Source: Spirochaetia bacterium
GTDB taxonomy: Bacteria > Spirochaetota > Spirochaetia > SP-2023
DNA length: 64,000 bases
NCBI GenBank assembly: GCA_965263295.1
Contig: OZ253665.1
Location: 1-64,000, forward strand
Reading direction: 5' to 3'
Below the pieces are notes generated by a model, which searched no databases, was not told the DNA's origin, and saw only the letters and a list, made by a program, of their open reading frames with translations. This document shows, one piece after another, positions 62,044-64,000 of the stretch (position 1 is its first letter; every line of letters starts with the position of its first letter). The translations under genes and the position numbers were made by a program.

Positions 62044-63356
62044 TTTCTATTGATTCAATACATGATTTTAACTTTGAGCATGTCCCCATAGATTCCTTTT
62101 GGAACACCGGCGTTCAGCGTGAACAGAAAATGCATAGGATACACGCATACCCGGCCAAGTTTCCAGCATTCATCACAAGCAAGGCTCTGGAATATTGGAA
62201 TAGCAATAGCGCCAATCCTCCTGAGCGCATAGCAGATATATTTTGTGGCTGCGGAACCACAGCATTCGAAGCCAGGCGAAATTCGATTGATTTTTGGGGT
62301 TGCGACATAAATCCTGTAGCAACCCTAATTGCAAAAGCTAAGAGCCGCAAATATCAACCCGGTAGACTTCAGAGTTATTATGATAAGATTTTGGATGATT
62401 ACGCAGTATCTCTTCGTGAAGATCGTTATGAAGCGGCTCCTGAACGTTTGCAATATTGGTATTTTAAAGATCAGTACAATGATCTGTCACATTTGAAGGA
62501 TGTTATTTTCTCTGTCACACCGGAAAATAGTGACTACCGACTATTTTTCCTCTGCGCCTTCTCAAACATATTAAAACCGACCTCACGATGGCTGACCAAG
62601 TCTATCAAGCCTCAAGTCGATCCCAACAAGAAGCTTCCTAAAGTCATAGATGTGTTTAGAGAACAGTTCAAAATGATGTATTCCGCAAATCAGGAAATAG
62701 AAGATTTGAGCAGCGCGGATTCGAATATTGTGACAGGAAGTTTTTTAAGTGATTCATGGGATGTCCCTTCGGTTGATATGATCATAACAAGTCCCCCTTA
62801 TGTTACATCATATGAATATGCCGATTTACATCAACTTTCATCTCTATGGTTGGGCTACGTCGATGATTACAGGGATTTGAGAAACGGGACAATTGGAAGC
62901 CTTCACCACGACTATAACTTCAACAAGGAATTGAAGAGGCTGAATTCAACTGGGTTGAAAATCGTAACTCTCTTACTGGATCAGCATAAATCAAAGGCGA
63001 GGTCTGTTGCCAAATACTTTCTCGACATGCAGTCGGTTGCTCAAAAGACGTTTTCAATTCTTAATTCGAGTGGAGCAGCATTATTTGTTATCGGAAACAC
63101 AGAATACAAAAACGTGCGAATTGATAATGCCAAGCACCTAGCCGAGTCTCTGTTTGATGCAGGCTTTTCTTCCGTGAATGTAACCAAACGGAAAATAAGC
63201 AATAAAATCCTGACTCCTTACAGGGATAAACGCGGCAAGTTTACGACCAATGCGGCCGGACGGAAAGTGTACAGTGAAGAGTTTATAATTATCGGGAGAA
63301 AATTAATATGGAACAGAAAAAACAACTTCAAATCAGGCCCTATGCCCGACTGCTGA
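62040..63356 (+). CDS. Site-specific DNA methyltransferase (amino-MTase, likely m4C)
   Basis: IHAYPAKFP, DIFCGCGTT, DINP, IITSPPY. Confidence 0.9.
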   Translation: MISIDSIHDFNFEHVPIDSFWNTGVQREQKMHRIHAYPAKFPAFITSKALEYWNSNSANPPERIADIFCGCGTTAFEARRNSIDFWGCDINPVATLIAKAKSRKYQPGRLQSYYDKILDDYAVSLREDRYEAAPERLQYWYFKDQYNDLSHLKDVIFSVTPENSDYRLFFLCAFSNILKPTSRWLTKSIKPQVDPNKKLPKVIDVFREQFKMMYSANQEIEDLSSADSNIVTGSFLSDSWDVPSVDMIITSPPYVTSYEYADLHQLSSLWLGYVDDYRDLRNGTIGSLHHDYNFNKELKRLNSTGLKIVTLLLDQHKSKARSVAKYFLDMQSVAQKTFSILNSSGAALFVIGNTEYKNVRIDNAKHLAESLFDAGFSSVNVTKRKISNKILTPYRDKRGKFTTNAAGRKVYSEEFIIIGRKLIWNRKNNFKSGPMPDC

Positions 63357-64000
63357 CAATGTTGGGTGAGCAGCTGATTAAAAACGAAAGAATCGCCCTC
63401 ATCGAGCTGATTAAGAATTCTTACGATGCGGATGCAGGTTGGGTAAAAGTGACTTTTCAGGGATTCGGCAATAACTACAAAATTGAAGAGGGATCTAAAA
63501 TCATTATTGAAGACAATGGTCACGGTATGAGTCAGGATCTGATTGAAAATCACTGGCTTAACCCGGCAACCCCTGAAAAGAAGCGCAGAAAAAAGACGAA
63601 AGATACGACCAGCAAAGGCAGGATCATACAAGGTGAAAAAGGTATCGGGCGCTTTGCCATCCTCAAGCTAGGGCGGCGGATAGAAATTATCAGCAAGACA
63701 AACGAGGATCTGCAGGAACACCATATTTCGTATGATTTCTCACGATATGATGACGATTTTCTTTCGGAAAACGGTGATGAAAAAGATCTGTACATTGACG
63801 ATCTAAGGGTGACGCTTTTAAACCGCAATCCCCAAAGAATAGTCCCCTCAGAACTTACATTCGGTTCCCGAAAAAAAGAGAGGCTAAACCATGGCACCAT
63901 CATTGAGATAAGCGACCTAAAGGGAAGCTGGACAGAAAAGAAGGTCGAATCGGTTTACAGAGATCTAACCAAGCTGGAGTCGATATTTTTGAAAAGAGAA
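63308..64000 (+). CDS. GHKL (HATPase_c_3) ATPase / histidine-kinase-like protein, runs off the window
   Basis: IRPYARLLTMLGEQLIKNERIALIELIKNSYDADA, EDNGHGM, GEKGIGRFA, HGTII. Confidence 0.9.
   Translation, partial: MEQKKQLQIRPYARLLTMLGEQLIKNERIALIELIKNSYDADAGWVKVTFQGFGNNYKIEEGSKIIIEDNGHGMSQDLIENHWLNPATPEKKRRKKTKDTTSKGRIIQGEKGIGRFAILKLGRRIEIISKTNEDLQEHHISYDFSRYDDDFLSENGDEKDLYIDDLRVTLLNRNPQRIVPSELTFGSRKKERLNHGTIIEISDLKGSWTEKKVESVYRDLTKLESIFLKRE

Noticed and set aside
1..64000. CRISPR array or cas genes
   Set aside because: No regularly spaced direct repeats with unique spacers and no cas-like ORFs seen.

Overview
Bacterial chromosome segment, most likely from a spirochaete. This is inferred from the M23 peptidase-bactofilin-YaaR synteny, spirochaete-type lipoboxes and the tmRNA tag style. 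A housekeeping backbone (ylqF/rbgA, galK-galT, guaB, dapA, yhdT-panF-coaBC, glmS, bioA, ssrA) is interrupted by three accessory blocks. (1) corA plus a decayed MATE gene, ~5.1-7.7 kb. (2) An IS5-littered island, ~11.9-29.5 kb, with an AEC transporter, an SsuABC-like ABC system, an LRR lipoprotein with an (AT)12 tract, dinB, a Dpp/Opp-type ABC system, a MATE and a ClbS/DfsB-like gene. (3) A defence-type island starting right after the tmRNA gene (~50.6 kb to window end). It holds an uncharacterised glycine-zipper/putative nuclease-fold gene paired with a Ycf46-like AAA+ ATPase, an ABC-ATPase/TOPRIM pair separated by one in-frame stop, decayed ICE-like fragments, type I hsdM/hsdS (hsdS with a palindrome-flanked DUF559 insert), a DNA methyltransferase and a GHKL ATPase. 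The most notable observations are the two-gene nuclease-like/AAA+ module in the ssrA island and a eukaryote-type glucosamine-6-phosphate N-acetyltransferase (GNA1-like) gene directly upstream of glmS. All protein assignments come from motif recognition by eye; no searches were run.
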